From the NCBI GenBank assembly GCA_002011125.2, contig MTMF02000009.1, positions 1,576,989 to 1,640,988 of the forward strand: 64,000 nucleotides of DNA, in the 5' to 3' direction. Below the pieces are notes generated by a model, which searched no databases, was not told the origin of the DNA, and saw nothing but the letters and a program-made list of their open reading frames with translations. The translations under genes were made by a program, and so were the position numbers. Every line of letters starts with the position of its first letter. Within the stretch, counting starts at the first letter, position 1. The stretch comes from Candidatus Hydrothermarchaeum profundi (GTDB lineage Archaea > Hydrothermarchaeota > Hydrothermarchaeia > Hydrothermarchaeales > Hydrothermarchaeaceae). Below, piece by piece: positions 29,242 through 39,148 of this stretch.

Positions 29242-29682
29242 ATGCTAGGTCAACTGCCTATTCAACCAATGAGGAACACTTATATAACACTATTTGGGGG
29301 GAGGAGTAGCGAGCTAGATTCAAATCAAGCAGGAATAAATAAATATAATTTAAGAAAGACAAATCTCTCCCCACACGTAGACAAAGTTTCAATAAAAAAA
29401 CTTGAAGGAGAAAAGATAGTTCCCCTTTTTGAAAGAAGATGGTTTGAAATCGTTCCTCTAGATAGAACAAGACCCAATGCCTTCTCTAAGTCTCCTCACG
29501 GCGAGATAGTTTTACCAGAGGATATAAATCTTCTCAAAAGACATAATTACTATTATATACGGGAGGGCGAACCGCTCATATTAAACAATGTCCTAAGCAA
29601 AGTTTTAAATGACCCTGAAGAGTGGAGTAAACTGCTTTTAGCAAACTTTTTGTTAAAAAAGAAGAGTCAATTTAGGTTTTAA
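29242..29682 (+). CDS. Hypothetical protein
   Basis: 146 aa ORF filling an intergenic gap; no motif recognised. Confidence 0.45.
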   Translation: MLGQLPIQPMRNTYITLFGGRSSELDSNQAGINKYNLRKTNLSPHVDKVSIKKLEGEKIVPLFERRWFEIVPLDRTRPNAFSKSPHGEIVLPEDINLLKRHNYYYIREGEPLILNNVLSKVLNDPEEWSKLLLANFLLKKKSQFRF

Positions 29683-29713
29683 AGTAAAATCATTCGATGT
29701 CAAGGAATTAAAT

Positions 29714-30052
29714 CTACCACTCTAACGTAGGCGGCATGTTGACTGAAAAATAGACAGCCTTTTCTTTCCCTGGATTCCTTATCCTGTGAGGAAGTTCAGA
29801 TTTATGCCACATTACATCTCCCTCCCTAAGGATGTATTTTTCTCCGCCTGTGTCTACCTCTATCTCGCCCTTGAGTACTATCCTTATTTCTTCACCGCCA
29901 TGCGAATATGTTTTCGGAATCTCACTATTTGGAGGCATTTCGACTATCATGCTTTCAAGTTTTTCTGTCCTTGCCAATAGGTATATAGGTACTTTACCTA
30001 TTTTTATTGACTTTTCACTTTCTCCCCTACGGCGAATAACCACGTCTTCCAT
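29714..30052 (-). CDS. Cupin-domain protein
   Basis: SHGGEE...G, EGD, PHRIRN. Confidence 0.85.
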   Translation of the reverse strand: MEDVVIRRRGESEKSIKIGKVPIYLLARTEKLESMIVEMPPNSEIPKTYSHGGEEIRIVLKGEIEVDTGGEKYILREGDVMWHKSELPHRIRNPGKEKAVYFSVNMPPTLEW

Positions 30053-30186
30053 ATATAGATTTACAACAATACTATTATAATATAAATTGTTCTATGAAGG
30101 GTTGGGATAATAGTTGTTCTATAAGGCATGAGGCTAAAATAAAAAAATGCAACCATAAATTTTAAATACAATTCCGGTGTAATTCC

Positions 30187-30915
30187 ATGGCTGATTTAGA
30201 GGAGATATCCCTTATGTACAAGTTAATGCTATTAATGTTTTCAACGCTGGGCATAATGTTGGTCGCGACGGCTGTCTGGGCGCAGACAGAGGATATTACC
30301 GAATCACCATATTGGCCGTGTGATACCTGTCATCCTCACGAATATGAAATATCAGATAAGTTACCTATACGGGCCCATAAAGAACAGTCCGACCTTAAAG
30401 TCCATGATATACTCGGAAAAGAAAGAAATGCTTGTAGGGTTTGCCACTTAGGCGACGAAAACCCTGCAAAACTCAAGCTACTGAACGGAGAAACTGTAAG
30501 TATTGTTGACGGTGTACCAGAGCTTTGCCATGGATGCCATCAAGAGCGATATAATATGTGGAAAGAAGGAATACATGGAGACTATAGAGAATGGAAAGAA
30601 GGGAAACTCAGCAATCCTCCTAAATGCACTACGGTAGGATGTCACAATCCACATAACCCGACAATGACTGTAGATGTAGCTGAAGAAAGAGTGAAAGCGA
30701 TCTTTACTAAAGCACTCACTCAAAGTATCATAGAAAAAAGAGTACCTAACGATCTAGAATTGCCATGGCCTCCAGCTCCGTATCAAGACTATAAGTATTA
30801 CCCCATACCTCCCAAGCCACACTTTCCTCTCGTGAATACTCTCATTGCGTTGGGGACTCTCGCAGTACTTGCATTGCTTATTATCCCTGCCCTTATTAGG
30901 AGGAAGAGTGAATGA
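30187..30915 (+). CDS. Membrane-anchored tetraheme cytochrome c
   Basis: Signal peptide, CDTCH, CRVCH, CHGCH, CTTVGCH, C-terminal TM. Confidence 0.88.
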   Translation: MADLEEISLMYKLMLLMFSTLGIMLVATAVWAQTEDITESPYWPCDTCHPHEYEISDKLPIRAHKEQSDLKVHDILGKERNACRVCHLGDENPAKLKLLNGETVSIVDGVPELCHGCHQERYNMWKEGIHGDYREWKEGKLSNPPKCTTVGCHNPHNPTMTVDVAEERVKAIFTKALTQSIIEKRVPNDLELPWPPAPYQDYKYYPIPPKPHFPLVNTLIALGTLAVLALLIIPALIRRKSE

Positions 30916-31721
30916 CTTCAAAGATAACTCGAAGGCAGTTCCTTAAAATGCTTGGGATAGGTGGAGCAAGTTTAATCGGAGGAAGCTATGCTACTCAGCT
31001 TAGAGTACGAGCCTTCGAAGAAGTGTATAAAGTAGGTAAAGAAAGTGTAGCTAGAGGACCTCATAAATATGCTCCAGAACCAATACCGGGTACTAAGTGG
31101 GGTATGGTGATTGATGTAAAAGCATGTATCGGTTGTAGAACCTGTAGAGAAGCCTGTTTCAGGGAAAACAACATTGATAGAGATGCTAGCTTTAGATACA
31201 TAAAAGTTCTACAAATGGAAAAAGGTAAAATAGAATTTGAGCATGCCGATACGGATTATACGGAAATTAATAAAGAAGAGTACTGGTATATCCCAATACA
31301 GTGCATGCAATGTGAAAATCCTCCTTGCGTTCAAGGATGCCCAGTCACTGCGACATGGAAAGAAGTAGATGGGATAGTTGTAATAGATTATTGGAAATGT
31401 ATCGGATGTAGGTATTGTATCATAAATTGTCCATATTGGGCCAGACATTTTAATTGGAAAGAACCAAGAGTCCCACCAGAAGAAGTGAATCCTGAGGTAC
31501 CAATACGACCAAAGGGTGTCGTAGAAAAGTGCACATTTTGCATTCATAGGACAAGAAAAGGCAGGGAACCTGCTTGCGTTGAATCATGTCCAGTAAGAGC
31601 TCGCCACTTTGGAGACCTTAATGACCCTGAGAGTCCTGTCTCAAAGATTTTGAAAGAAAGAGTACCTTTTAGGCTAAAAGAAGAACTCGGAACTAATCCC
31701 AAAATATGGTACGTAGGGTGA
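30912..31721 (+). CDS. NrfC/DsrO-like Tat-exported 4x[4Fe-4S] protein
   Basis: TRRQFLK; CIGCRTC, CMQCENPPC, CIGCRYC, CTFC. Confidence 0.9.
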   Translation: MTSKITRRQFLKMLGIGGASLIGGSYATQLRVRAFEEVYKVGKESVARGPHKYAPEPIPGTKWGMVIDVKACIGCRTCREACFRENNIDRDASFRYIKVLQMEKGKIEFEHADTDYTEINKEEYWYIPIQCMQCENPPCVQGCPVTATWKEVDGIVVIDYWKCIGCRYCIINCPYWARHFNWKEPRVPPEEVNPEVPIRPKGVVEKCTFCIHRTRKGREPACVESCPVRARHFGDLNDPESPVSKILKERVPFRLKEELGTNPKIWYVG

Positions 31722-31725
31722 TAAG

Positions 31726-32883
31726 ATGCGTATACTTGGAGTTGAATTAAGGTTCAATGAACTTAAAAACGCAGGACTAAGGTACTGGTGTTTTGTTCTT
31801 GCACTTTTAATTATTATAGGTGTAGGGGTGTATTCTTACTATCTCCAGCTTAAATATGGGTTAATAATTACTGGAATGCGCGACATCTTCACATGGGGAT
31901 TTTATATCCAAAACTTCTGGTTATTTGTCGGTCTAGCCGCAGGCGGATTAATAATATATTCTGGGGTAAATCTCTTTGGAGCAAAACAATTCATGCCTAC
32001 AAATAAGATAGCAGTGCTACAAGCTGCCGTGTGTGTACTTTTGGCTATGCTTTTCATACCTATAGACTTAGGTAACCCCCAACGAGTGTATTATTTCCTT
32101 TTGACACCGAATTTTGATTCAATTTTTGTTTTCGATGCCGCAGTATTGAACCTCTATTTTATTCTGTGTATTATCGATCTTTTTGTACTTCTTAGCGGGA
32201 GAGCAACTCATAACCTTGAACTGGGATTGACAATAGTCTCCCTTCCAACTGCTATAGGGATTCACTCAATAACTGCTTGGACGATAGGTCTTGCTAAGGC
32301 CCGAGAGATGTGGCATACTGCATTGATGGCGCCTATATTTATCTCCTCTGCTGTTGCCTCTGGATTAGCTCTTCTGATTATTATGCTGCTTATCATTCGG
32401 AAGTATACTGATGAGTATAAATTCGAAGACGAAATGTTTCATAGCGCTGGAAAACTACTTGCGACTGTGCTCTTAGTAGATCTATTTTTCCTATTAAGCG
32501 AGATACTGACCACATATTGGCCATATTCTGAAACACCAGGCCACTCTATGCGCTTAGAAATCTTAACTTCAGGGCGATATAGCCCCTTTTTCTTATCTGA
32601 GATATTTATTTTCGGTATTCTTCCTTTCTTGCTTCTGTGGTACCCTAAAACACGAAAAAATATTACAGTTTTGACTGTATCTTCTATTTTTGTCTTAATT
32701 GGTGTCTTCCTGAAAAGATTCGCCTTTTTAGGACTAGGTTTCGGCATTAATCCATTGGGCCACACCGGAGTTTACGTTCCAACACTACCAGAACTTGCAA
32801 TAACAATGGCTGTATGGGCTATCGGAATACTCATTGTTACTATATCTATAAAACTCTTCGATATGAAAACAGAGCCCCATTAA
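31726..32883 (+). CDS. NrfD/PsrC/DsrP-family membrane subunit
   Basis: WG.YI, DLGNP.R, W...MAP.F..SA..SG. Confidence 0.9.
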   Translation: MRILGVELRFNELKNAGLRYWCFVLALLIIIGVGVYSYYLQLKYGLIITGMRDIFTWGFYIQNFWLFVGLAAGGLIIYSGVNLFGAKQFMPTNKIAVLQAAVCVLLAMLFIPIDLGNPQRVYYFLLTPNFDSIFVFDAAVLNLYFILCIIDLFVLLSGRATHNLELGLTIVSLPTAIGIHSITAWTIGLAKAREMWHTALMAPIFISSAVASGLALLIIMLLIIRKYTDEYKFEDEMFHSAGKLLATVLLVDLFFLLSEILTTYWPYSETPGHSMRLEILTSGRYSPFFLSEIFIFGILPFLLLWYPKTRKNITVLTVSSIFVLIGVFLKRFAFLGLGFGINPLGHTGVYVPTLPELAITMAVWAIGILIVTISIKLFDMKTEPH

Positions 32884-32892
32884 TTACCAATT

Positions 32893-34557
32893 ATGGCTTC
32901 TAAGAAAACATTAGAATGTTTATCGCACTATATAACCAATTTTGTAGATAGATCAGATGAAACTAAACAATTAAAGAAAGCAATACTAGAAGAAGACAAG
33001 AACGCTGTAATCTTTGGCTCACACGGTATGGGTAAATCTTCATTAGCCGCTAAATTTGCTTTTTGTGAACATGAAAGTTTTGAAGATATTCTCTTCTTAG
33101 AGTTGCACTCTTACCTTAAGCTTGAAGAGGTTCTAAGAGCATGTAACTTTTTCTTAGGAGACTCGGGGATAGTAGAATTTGACTATATATTAAGATCCCC
33201 TATTAAGATGACCGATAAGTTTGAAGCACTAACGAGTTTTTTGAATGAGAAAAGATTTTTAATAATATTTGACGATTACACGAGCTTTGGAGAAGAACTT
33301 CTAAATAAGCTTATAGAATTTGTAGAAAAAGTTGATAAAACAAAATTCATATTCACCGGCAAGCATGACATTAACTTAAATGATTCACTGCACTTAGAAT
33401 TACAGGGGCTCTCAGAGAATGACGCACTAAAGCTAATAGGATTATCTAACAGAAAAATTTCATATGATCTGAAAAAACGAATAAAAGAGATTTCTAAAGG
33501 GAGGCCGTATTACCTGATTGTCTTCTCAAAGTCTCCTAGAATAATTGACAAATCTGAAAATCACACTCCAGAAAAAATACTAGAGAGGATATATGAGAAT
33601 CTAGAAAATGCTGCTAAAGAACTTCTAAAAACTGCTTCAATTTTTGAAGGACCTGTTCCTCTAGAGATATTAGATGATAATTTCTCCGAGAATGCCGTAA
33701 ATGAGCTTTTAGAAAAAGGTTTGCTATTTAAGAAGGATTGCTATTATATTCCAAATATAGTTAAAAAACTTATTAGAACTAAAATCGTCAATCAACGAAG
33801 ATTATCGGCAAGAATAGGCGAATATTATGATAAGTTAGTAGAGAGTAAGAAAGATTTATGGGATCACCTCAGAGCACGGGAGTATTACATGGCCTCAGGT
33901 GAGTATGTGAAAGCATATAAGATAGTTGAATCTGCTTATATTGCCTTGCTTGAAAGAGGATATGTGGAACTCGCAGTAAAGTTGTTAGAGGAATCGGTAG
34001 AAACATTAGAGGGAGACAAAAAGTTTTTAGCGGCGAGCAATCTAGCTTCAGTTTACCAGAGGATTGGGAGAGAAAGCGAAGCGATTAAGATTTATGAGGA
34101 AGTAAAGGAGTTTTATTATAACAAAAAAGATAGAAGAAATCTATCTGCGGTACTACAAAATTTAGGAGCTATATACCTCCAGGAAGGCTTATTAGAAGAC
34201 GCTAAAAATGCATTTAAAGAGAGCTTGGAGATATCAAAGGGAATTAGGGACAAGGAAGGCATGGGGATTTCCTATCATAACCTAGGGTCTGTTTTTCATG
34301 CGCTGAAAGAATATACCCTTGCAAAGGAGATGTATCAGAGGAGTATAGAGATCTCATCGGAGGCGGGAGATAAAATGGGTTTTGCTCAAAGTCTTTATCA
34401 GCTGGGGGCTGTATTAGAGGATCTTGGAGAATATGAAGAAGCTGTGCAAAAGTATTCTATCTCAGCTGCCGCCTTTAATAATTTAAATCATCCTAATGCT
34501 GAATTGGCTAGGAACTCTATAGAAAAACTAAAAAATAGATTAGAGAGAGATAAGTAG
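32893..34557 (+). CDS. STAND/NB-ARC-like P-loop NTPase with C-terminal TPRs
   Basis: FVDR..E, GSHGMGKS, LIIFDD, GRP, TPR repeats. Confidence 0.8.
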   Translation: MASKKTLECLSHYITNFVDRSDETKQLKKAILEEDKNAVIFGSHGMGKSSLAAKFAFCEHESFEDILFLELHSYLKLEEVLRACNFFLGDSGIVEFDYILRSPIKMTDKFEALTSFLNEKRFLIIFDDYTSFGEELLNKLIEFVEKVDKTKFIFTGKHDINLNDSLHLELQGLSENDALKLIGLSNRKISYDLKKRIKEISKGRPYYLIVFSKSPRIIDKSENHTPEKILERIYENLENAAKELLKTASIFEGPVPLEILDDNFSENAVNELLEKGLLFKKDCYYIPNIVKKLIRTKIVNQRRLSARIGEYYDKLVESKKDLWDHLRAREYYMASGEYVKAYKIVESAYIALLERGYVELAVKLLEESVETLEGDKKFLAASNLASVYQRIGRESEAIKIYEEVKEFYYNKKDRRNLSAVLQNLGAIYLQEGLLEDAKNAFKESLEISKGIRDKEGMGISYHNLGSVFHALKEYTLAKEMYQRSIEISSEAGDKMGFAQSLYQLGAVLEDLGEYEEAVQKYSISAAAFNNLNHPNAELARNSIEKLKNRLERDK

Positions 34558-34561
34558 TCCT

Positions 34562-35206
34562 ATGAAGATCATCTGTACCTCAGATATCCATGGAAAATCT
34601 GAGAAGATAAATAAGCTAGCTGACGTGCAAGCTGACTTGATAATCGTTGCTGGGGATTTAACTAATTTCGGGCATAAAAATAAAGCGATGGAAATTTTAA
34701 AGAGTTTACAGCAAATAGGGAAAGTTCTTGCTGTACATGGTAATTGCGATTATGCCGATGTCGAGGAAACTCTAAGTGAAATTGGTGTTAACTTGCATTC
34801 AAAAGGTGTGGAGATTGGGGGAATAGGATTTTTTGGGGTAGGTGGTTCTAGTTTAACGCCTTTTAATACTCCTCAAGAATATTCGGAGGAGGAAATAAAA
34901 AAAGCCTTACTAAAGGGGTATGAGATGGTAGCAGACCTCGAGGTTAAGGTATTAGTCTCTCATTCTCCGCCCGTTAACACTACAGTAGATAAAACGTCTA
35001 GTGGATTCAATGCGGGAAGTGAGGCGGTAAGAAAATTCATAGAAGAATACCAGCCTAACTTAGTTATCTGTGGACATATTCATGAGGCGAAAGGAAAGGA
35101 TATGATTGGACGTACTCTTGTGGTTAATCCAGGTCCCTTACATCACGGCTTTGCCCTTGCACATATAGATGATGGTAGTATAGATATAGAATTTCACAAG
35201 CTATAA
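34562..35206 (+). CDS. Metallophosphoesterase (Icc-like)
   Basis: SDIHG, AGD, GNCD, HSPP, GHIHE. Confidence 0.9.
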   Translation: MKIICTSDIHGKSEKINKLADVQADLIIVAGDLTNFGHKNKAMEILKSLQQIGKVLAVHGNCDYADVEETLSEIGVNLHSKGVEIGGIGFFGVGGSSLTPFNTPQEYSEEEIKKALLKGYEMVADLEVKVLVSHSPPVNTTVDKTSSGFNAGSEAVRKFIEEYQPNLVICGHIHEAKGKDMIGRTLVVNPGPLHHGFALAHIDDGSIDIEFHKL

Positions 35207-35716
35207 CCTTAGAAGTAGCTCGAGGTAGGATCTTCGTTCTATGTTCTCTATAGGAACTCTTAATTCCTCTACAATTTCCAATAGTTCTTCAGGTTTATAG
35301 GTTTCCTCAAGCTTTTCGATTTCTATAAATTTTCCTAATCCCTCTACATCGTCCAGAAATATATTAAACTTTTCAGAGCGGTATGTTATTCGTTCTTTTT
35401 TTACACAACCTACCTCTTTAAATCCAAGGCGATTAAGTATCGTTCCCATTTTCTTAGCATCACTTATTGAGATTTCAATCTCTTCTCTCGTCTTAGTAAC
35501 TTTGTCTAATTTAGGACCCTTATAGGTAAGCCTGAAATTTCCATTTACTTCTCTTACCCGTAAGGCTTCATCTGTCTGTGAAAAATCACGGTTGGGATGG
35601 GAATAGTAATAATCCGTCTGTCTCTCTTTTTTAAAAAATTTGAATCCTAGTTCTCTTATCCTCTTTTGGGTGATGGTTGGATTATCCAGTTTAACCTTTA
35701 CTTCTACCTCTATCAT
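35201..35716 (-). CDS. cyaB: CYTH/class IV adenylate cyclase-family protein
   Basis: EVEVK, LRVR, LTYKGP, FIEIE, SYLEL; start placed at MIEVEVK. Confidence 0.85.
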   Translation of the reverse strand: MIEVEVKVKLDNPTITQKRIRELGFKFFKKERQTDYYYSHPNRDFSQTDEALRVREVNGNFRLTYKGPKLDKVTKTREEIEISISDAKKMGTILNRLGFKEVGCVKKERITYRSEKFNIFLDDVEGLGKFIEIEKLEETYKPEELLEIVEELRVPIENIERRSYLELLLRL

Positions 35717-35768
35717 TTCTACCACTTCGAAGAAAGGTTTTCTATTAGATAGCCGCAAGTATTCAACT

Positions 35769-36659
35769 ATGTTCTCAGAGTTCTTGTTAAATAAGTATCG
35801 TTTATTATTTGATAATGATACTATTCGCGGTTTGACCGCGCCATTATCGCCTTCAATCCGAGCGAATACTCTGCGTATAAATGAAAGAACACTTGTAAGA
35901 AGACTTACAGAGAAAGGGATTGAGTTAGAAAAAATCTCCTGGGTGAAGCACGGCTATCTAGTTAAAGATTCTCCATTTTCATTAGGTGCTACTACGGAAT
36001 ATCTAATGGGTTATTATCAACTGCAAGACCCTGCTTCGATGTATTCCTGCGAAGTACTTGAACCCAAAAAAGGTGAGGTAATCCTTGATATGGCTGCCGC
36101 TCCAGGAGGAAAAACCACATATATTTCACAACTAATGATGAACAAAGGAACTATAGTATCCTTAGAATTGAATAGGGATCGTATGCGTTCTTTAAGATCT
36201 ACTATAACCCGTATGGGAGCAGAGAATGTAATAGCTATTAGAATGGACGCCAGAAACTCGGGTGAACTTGGAATAATATTTGATAGGATCCTCCTTGATG
36301 CCCCATGCACAGGTACGGGTACTGTTTTTAAGAATCCTGAAGCTGGTAAAAAGGGCCATAGTGACGTGGAAACGTGCTGTACTTTGCAGGCCTCTTTAAT
36401 TAAGACCGCTCATGGCATCCTTAAAAAGAAAGGTATTCTGGTTTATAGTACCTGCAGTATATTACCAGAGGAAAACGAATTAATAATAAAGGACGCCCTA
36501 AACTCTGGATTTAAATTACTGAATGTACCCTATGGTGTCGAGGCATTTACCCAAGTATATGGCATGCATTTAGGTAATAAGATGAAGTTTGCAAAAAGAT
36601 TTTACCCTCATACACATGGGACACAGGGATTTTTCATCGCTAAACTGCAGAAGATTTAA
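35769..36659 (+). CDS. RsmB/NOP2-family RNA m5C methyltransferase
   Basis: DMAAAPGGKT, LLDAPCTG, YSTCS...ENE; start moved to 35769. Confidence 0.9.
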   Translation: MFSEFLLNKYRLLFDNDTIRGLTAPLSPSIRANTLRINERTLVRRLTEKGIELEKISWVKHGYLVKDSPFSLGATTEYLMGYYQLQDPASMYSCEVLEPKKGEVILDMAAAPGGKTTYISQLMMNKGTIVSLELNRDRMRSLRSTITRMGAENVIAIRMDARNSGELGIIFDRILLDAPCTGTGTVFKNPEAGKKGHSDVETCCTLQASLIKTAHGILKKKGILVYSTCSILPEENELIIKDALNSGFKLLNVPYGVEAFTQVYGMHLGNKMKFAKRFYPHTHGTQGFFIAKLQKI

Positions 36660-36703
36660 AATTCTAAATTAAATATGAGCAACACCGGCTAAAAAGAGTT
36701 TGT

Positions 36704-37033
36704 TTATAGATAATTTCTTAATTTCTCTATGAAATAAGATTTTGGAACCGCGCCAATAATCCTCTCAACAGGCTTCCCATCTTTAAATATTAGTACAGTA
36801 GGAACGCTCATAATCTGATATTTAAGTGCAACACTCGGATTTTCATCGACATTGATTTTAGCACAGACTAGCTTGCTGTCATATTCTTTCGCTAATTCTT
36901 CTATTACGGGAGCCACCATTTTACAGGGATAGCACCAATCTGCCCAGAAATCCACCAAAATTAGAGGGTATTTATTAACCTTTTCATTAAAATCGTCATC
37001 CTTTAGAGTGATTATCTCGCCCATTTTAACCAA
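36704..37033 (-). CDS. trxA: Thioredoxin
   Basis: DFWADWCYPC. Confidence 0.92.
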   Translation of the reverse strand: MVKMGEIITLKDDDFNEKVNKYPLILVDFWADWCYPCKMVAPVIEELAKEYDSKLVCAKINVDENPSVALKYQIMSVPTVLIFKDGKPVERIIGAVPKSYFIEKLRNYL

Positions 37034-37063
37034 CCTTCCATTAATAGTGGTGCTTTATATACT

Positions 37064-37606
37064 TTATGCCCTTTCGAACTTGGAGACCGTTAGAGGCGTA
37101 GAAAAATATTCACCACTAATATGACAGAGAGGTTTTGCTTTTTCAAGGAGGACTACTTTGTCGAAAACCTCGCTCTTGACCTCAGCTTCTATTATCTCTC
37201 CAGCTATAAGCACGTGATCCCCTAATACTGCGGAGTGGATCATTTTACACTCAAGCCAAGCGAAGGCTTCCTTTATTCTGGGCGGCCTAATTTTTCTAGA
37301 AGGTTCTTCAGTTAAATTCGCTTCTTTAATCTCGCTGACACCATATGGATAGTCCTTTTCTAAAATCTTCATCAAAGGCCCGAATTCTTCGCCAATAATG
37401 TTAACCACGAATTCTTTGTTTTCTTTTATATTTCGCCATGTATCATGTTTTGGATTTGAAAATATTGCTATTATCGGAGGCGAGAAGCTTACTGGAGAAT
37501 TAAAACTAAATGGCGCGGCATTTGACACGCCCTCTTTCGAAATAGTTGAAACTACGATCACCGGCCTAATTAAAAGTTTCATAAAATCTTTAGGCTTTAA
37601 CCTCAT
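37064..37606 (-). CDS. Flavin reductase-like protein
   Basis: NAAPFS, DT..NI, LEC, GDH. Confidence 0.85.
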   Translation of the reverse strand: MRLKPKDFMKLLIRPVIVVSTISKEGVSNAAPFSFNSPVSFSPPIIAIFSNPKHDTWRNIKENKEFVVNIIGEEFGPLMKILEKDYPYGVSEIKEANLTEEPSRKIRPPRIKEAFAWLECKMIHSAVLGDHVLIAGEIIEAEVKSEVFDKVVLLEKAKPLCHISGEYFSTPLTVSKFERA

Positions 37607-38436
37607 TGCCTATCACCCTCCAGCATCATATAGGTTTTAACTATTTCTAAGTATGGTGCAATAAATAAACCAATTATTATAATTGCAATGTTTTGAAATC
37701 CCCGTAGTAAAAAAAATAATAATTCGTTAACATGCGCGAAGAATAGTGCTGGCAATGAAAAAAGAAGGGATAAAAAACTTGTAAGTAAGGTGGTGCCCAA
37801 TACAAGTAATATGTAAAGCATGACCTCTATCTTGTATACTCTTACGAATTTTATGCTTTCTATGAAACCATCTATAATTCCGGCCTTCTTAACTGCTATC
37901 GCCTGGGGAGTAAAAAATGTTAGAAAATAAATCAATACCATTAATATGCCGAAAAATAGAAGCAGAAATATTGAAATTGTAATATCCCCAAATACTAAAG
38001 GAATAACGGCTGTTGAGAGAATCGCTATGGAAAAAGTTCCGATAATCAACATATATAATAGGATATCCAATCCATATTTTTTTATCCCCTCAAGTCCATC
38101 AGAGAGGGAAACTCTCTTTCCTTCATAACCAGTTATCGCCATCTCTATAATAGCCGCTCTTGCAAATGCGTTAAAGACTAAGAATATCAAAACCATTGAA
38201 AAAACGCTGAATAAAAAGAACGCAAAAAGATAAAAAGGCGTACTACTTTGAATAAAAGTCACCATAGACCCTATATCAAAGGGCTGAAGCGAGATCCCCA
38301 CAATTATAACTAAAAGTATGGCGAAAAATATTAGAACGAAAATGTCAGCGAGATATTCAAGTACATGCGGGACTACAAATTTAAGATTTTTCTTATAAAG
38401 GGAAAAAGATGAAGAGAGGATGCCCCGCATATCCAT
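37603..38436 (-). CDS. Integral membrane protein of unknown function
   Basis: About 6 TM segments. Confidence 0.7.
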   Translation of the reverse strand: MDMRGILSSSFSLYKKNLKFVVPHVLEYLADIFVLIFFAILLVIIVGISLQPFDIGSMVTFIQSSTPFYLFAFFLFSVFSMVLIFLVFNAFARAAIIEMAITGYEGKRVSLSDGLEGIKKYGLDILLYMLIIGTFSIAILSTAVIPLVFGDITISIFLLLFFGILMVLIYFLTFFTPQAIAVKKAGIIDGFIESIKFVRVYKIEVMLYILLVLGTTLLTSFLSLLFSLPALFFAHVNELLFFLLRGFQNIAIIIIGLFIAPYLEIVKTYMMLEGDRQ

Positions 38437-38838
38437 TTAAATCACTTTTTTTGCCTCGGATATATACCTCTCAACGATTTTTTTGGAAAGTCCGGTTTTC
38501 TTTGAAATCTTTTCTGGGTCTTCATCTACTAAAGCATTAGCGGAGGTTATACCCGCCTTTTCTAATTTTTTAATAGTTTTCTGACCTATACCTTTAACCT
38601 CTATAAGAGGCACTAATTTCTTCGGGGGTTTCTTTTTTTCCTTAGCTTTTTCGGTTATATGCCATTTCTTCAATTCTTCGAGTTCTTTAACATTAGATTC
38701 ATGCAAGCTCTTTCTCCTCCTGTCAATCCTGAAACCCATCGATCTAGCTTCTTCGATCGTAAGACCTGCCTCCAACACCTCACGGATGCTGTATCCTCTT
38801 CCTTTTCTAAAGCCTCCTTTCTTTTTTACTCTGACCAT
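38437..38838 (-). CDS. rpl13e: Ribosomal protein L13e with C-terminal helix-hairpin-helix extension
   Basis: RKGRGYS..E...AGL, IDRRRKS.H..NV; VKGIG HhH motif. Confidence 0.8.
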   Translation of the reverse strand: MVRVKKKGGFRKGRGYSIREVLEAGLTIEEARSMGFRIDRRRKSLHESNVKELEELKKWHITEKAKEKKKPPKKLVPLIEVKGIGQKTIKKLEKAGITSANALVDEDPEKISKKTGLSKKIVERYISEAKKVI

Positions 38839-38947
38839 TACAACTCACCACTTCGACTTATATTGTATGAATTTAAATTCTTTATGCTACAGCTTAGGGC
38901 ATACATAAGGCGAAAATTTTAAAAAGAATTATTTACATTCTGAATTC

Positions 38948-39145
38948 ATGGTCCCAAATAATCTCAGCTCAGATCACACATATATTTTAAGATTACTTGA
39001 ACATGGCGCTATGGATGCTGGAACTCTCAGAAGAGCAAGCTTTGCACCGAAGTCAAAAGTCCAAAAGATCCTCGAAGATCTTGTTAAAATGAATCTAATT
39101 GAGAGACAGTGGGACGGTAAAAGCTTTACCTATAGAAAAATCTAA
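38948..39145 (+). CDS. Small winged-helix protein
   Basis: IL..L...KSKV...L..L....LIER pattern. Confidence 0.55.
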   Translation: MVPNNLSSDHTYILRLLEHGAMDAGTLRRASFAPKSKVQKILEDLVKMNLIERQWDGKSFTYRKI

Positions 39146-39148
39146 GCT

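Noticed and set aside
35640-35768. N-terminal extensions of the RsmB and CYTH ORFs
   Set aside because: They overlap head-to-head; downstream ATGs at 35769 and 35716 give normal proteins
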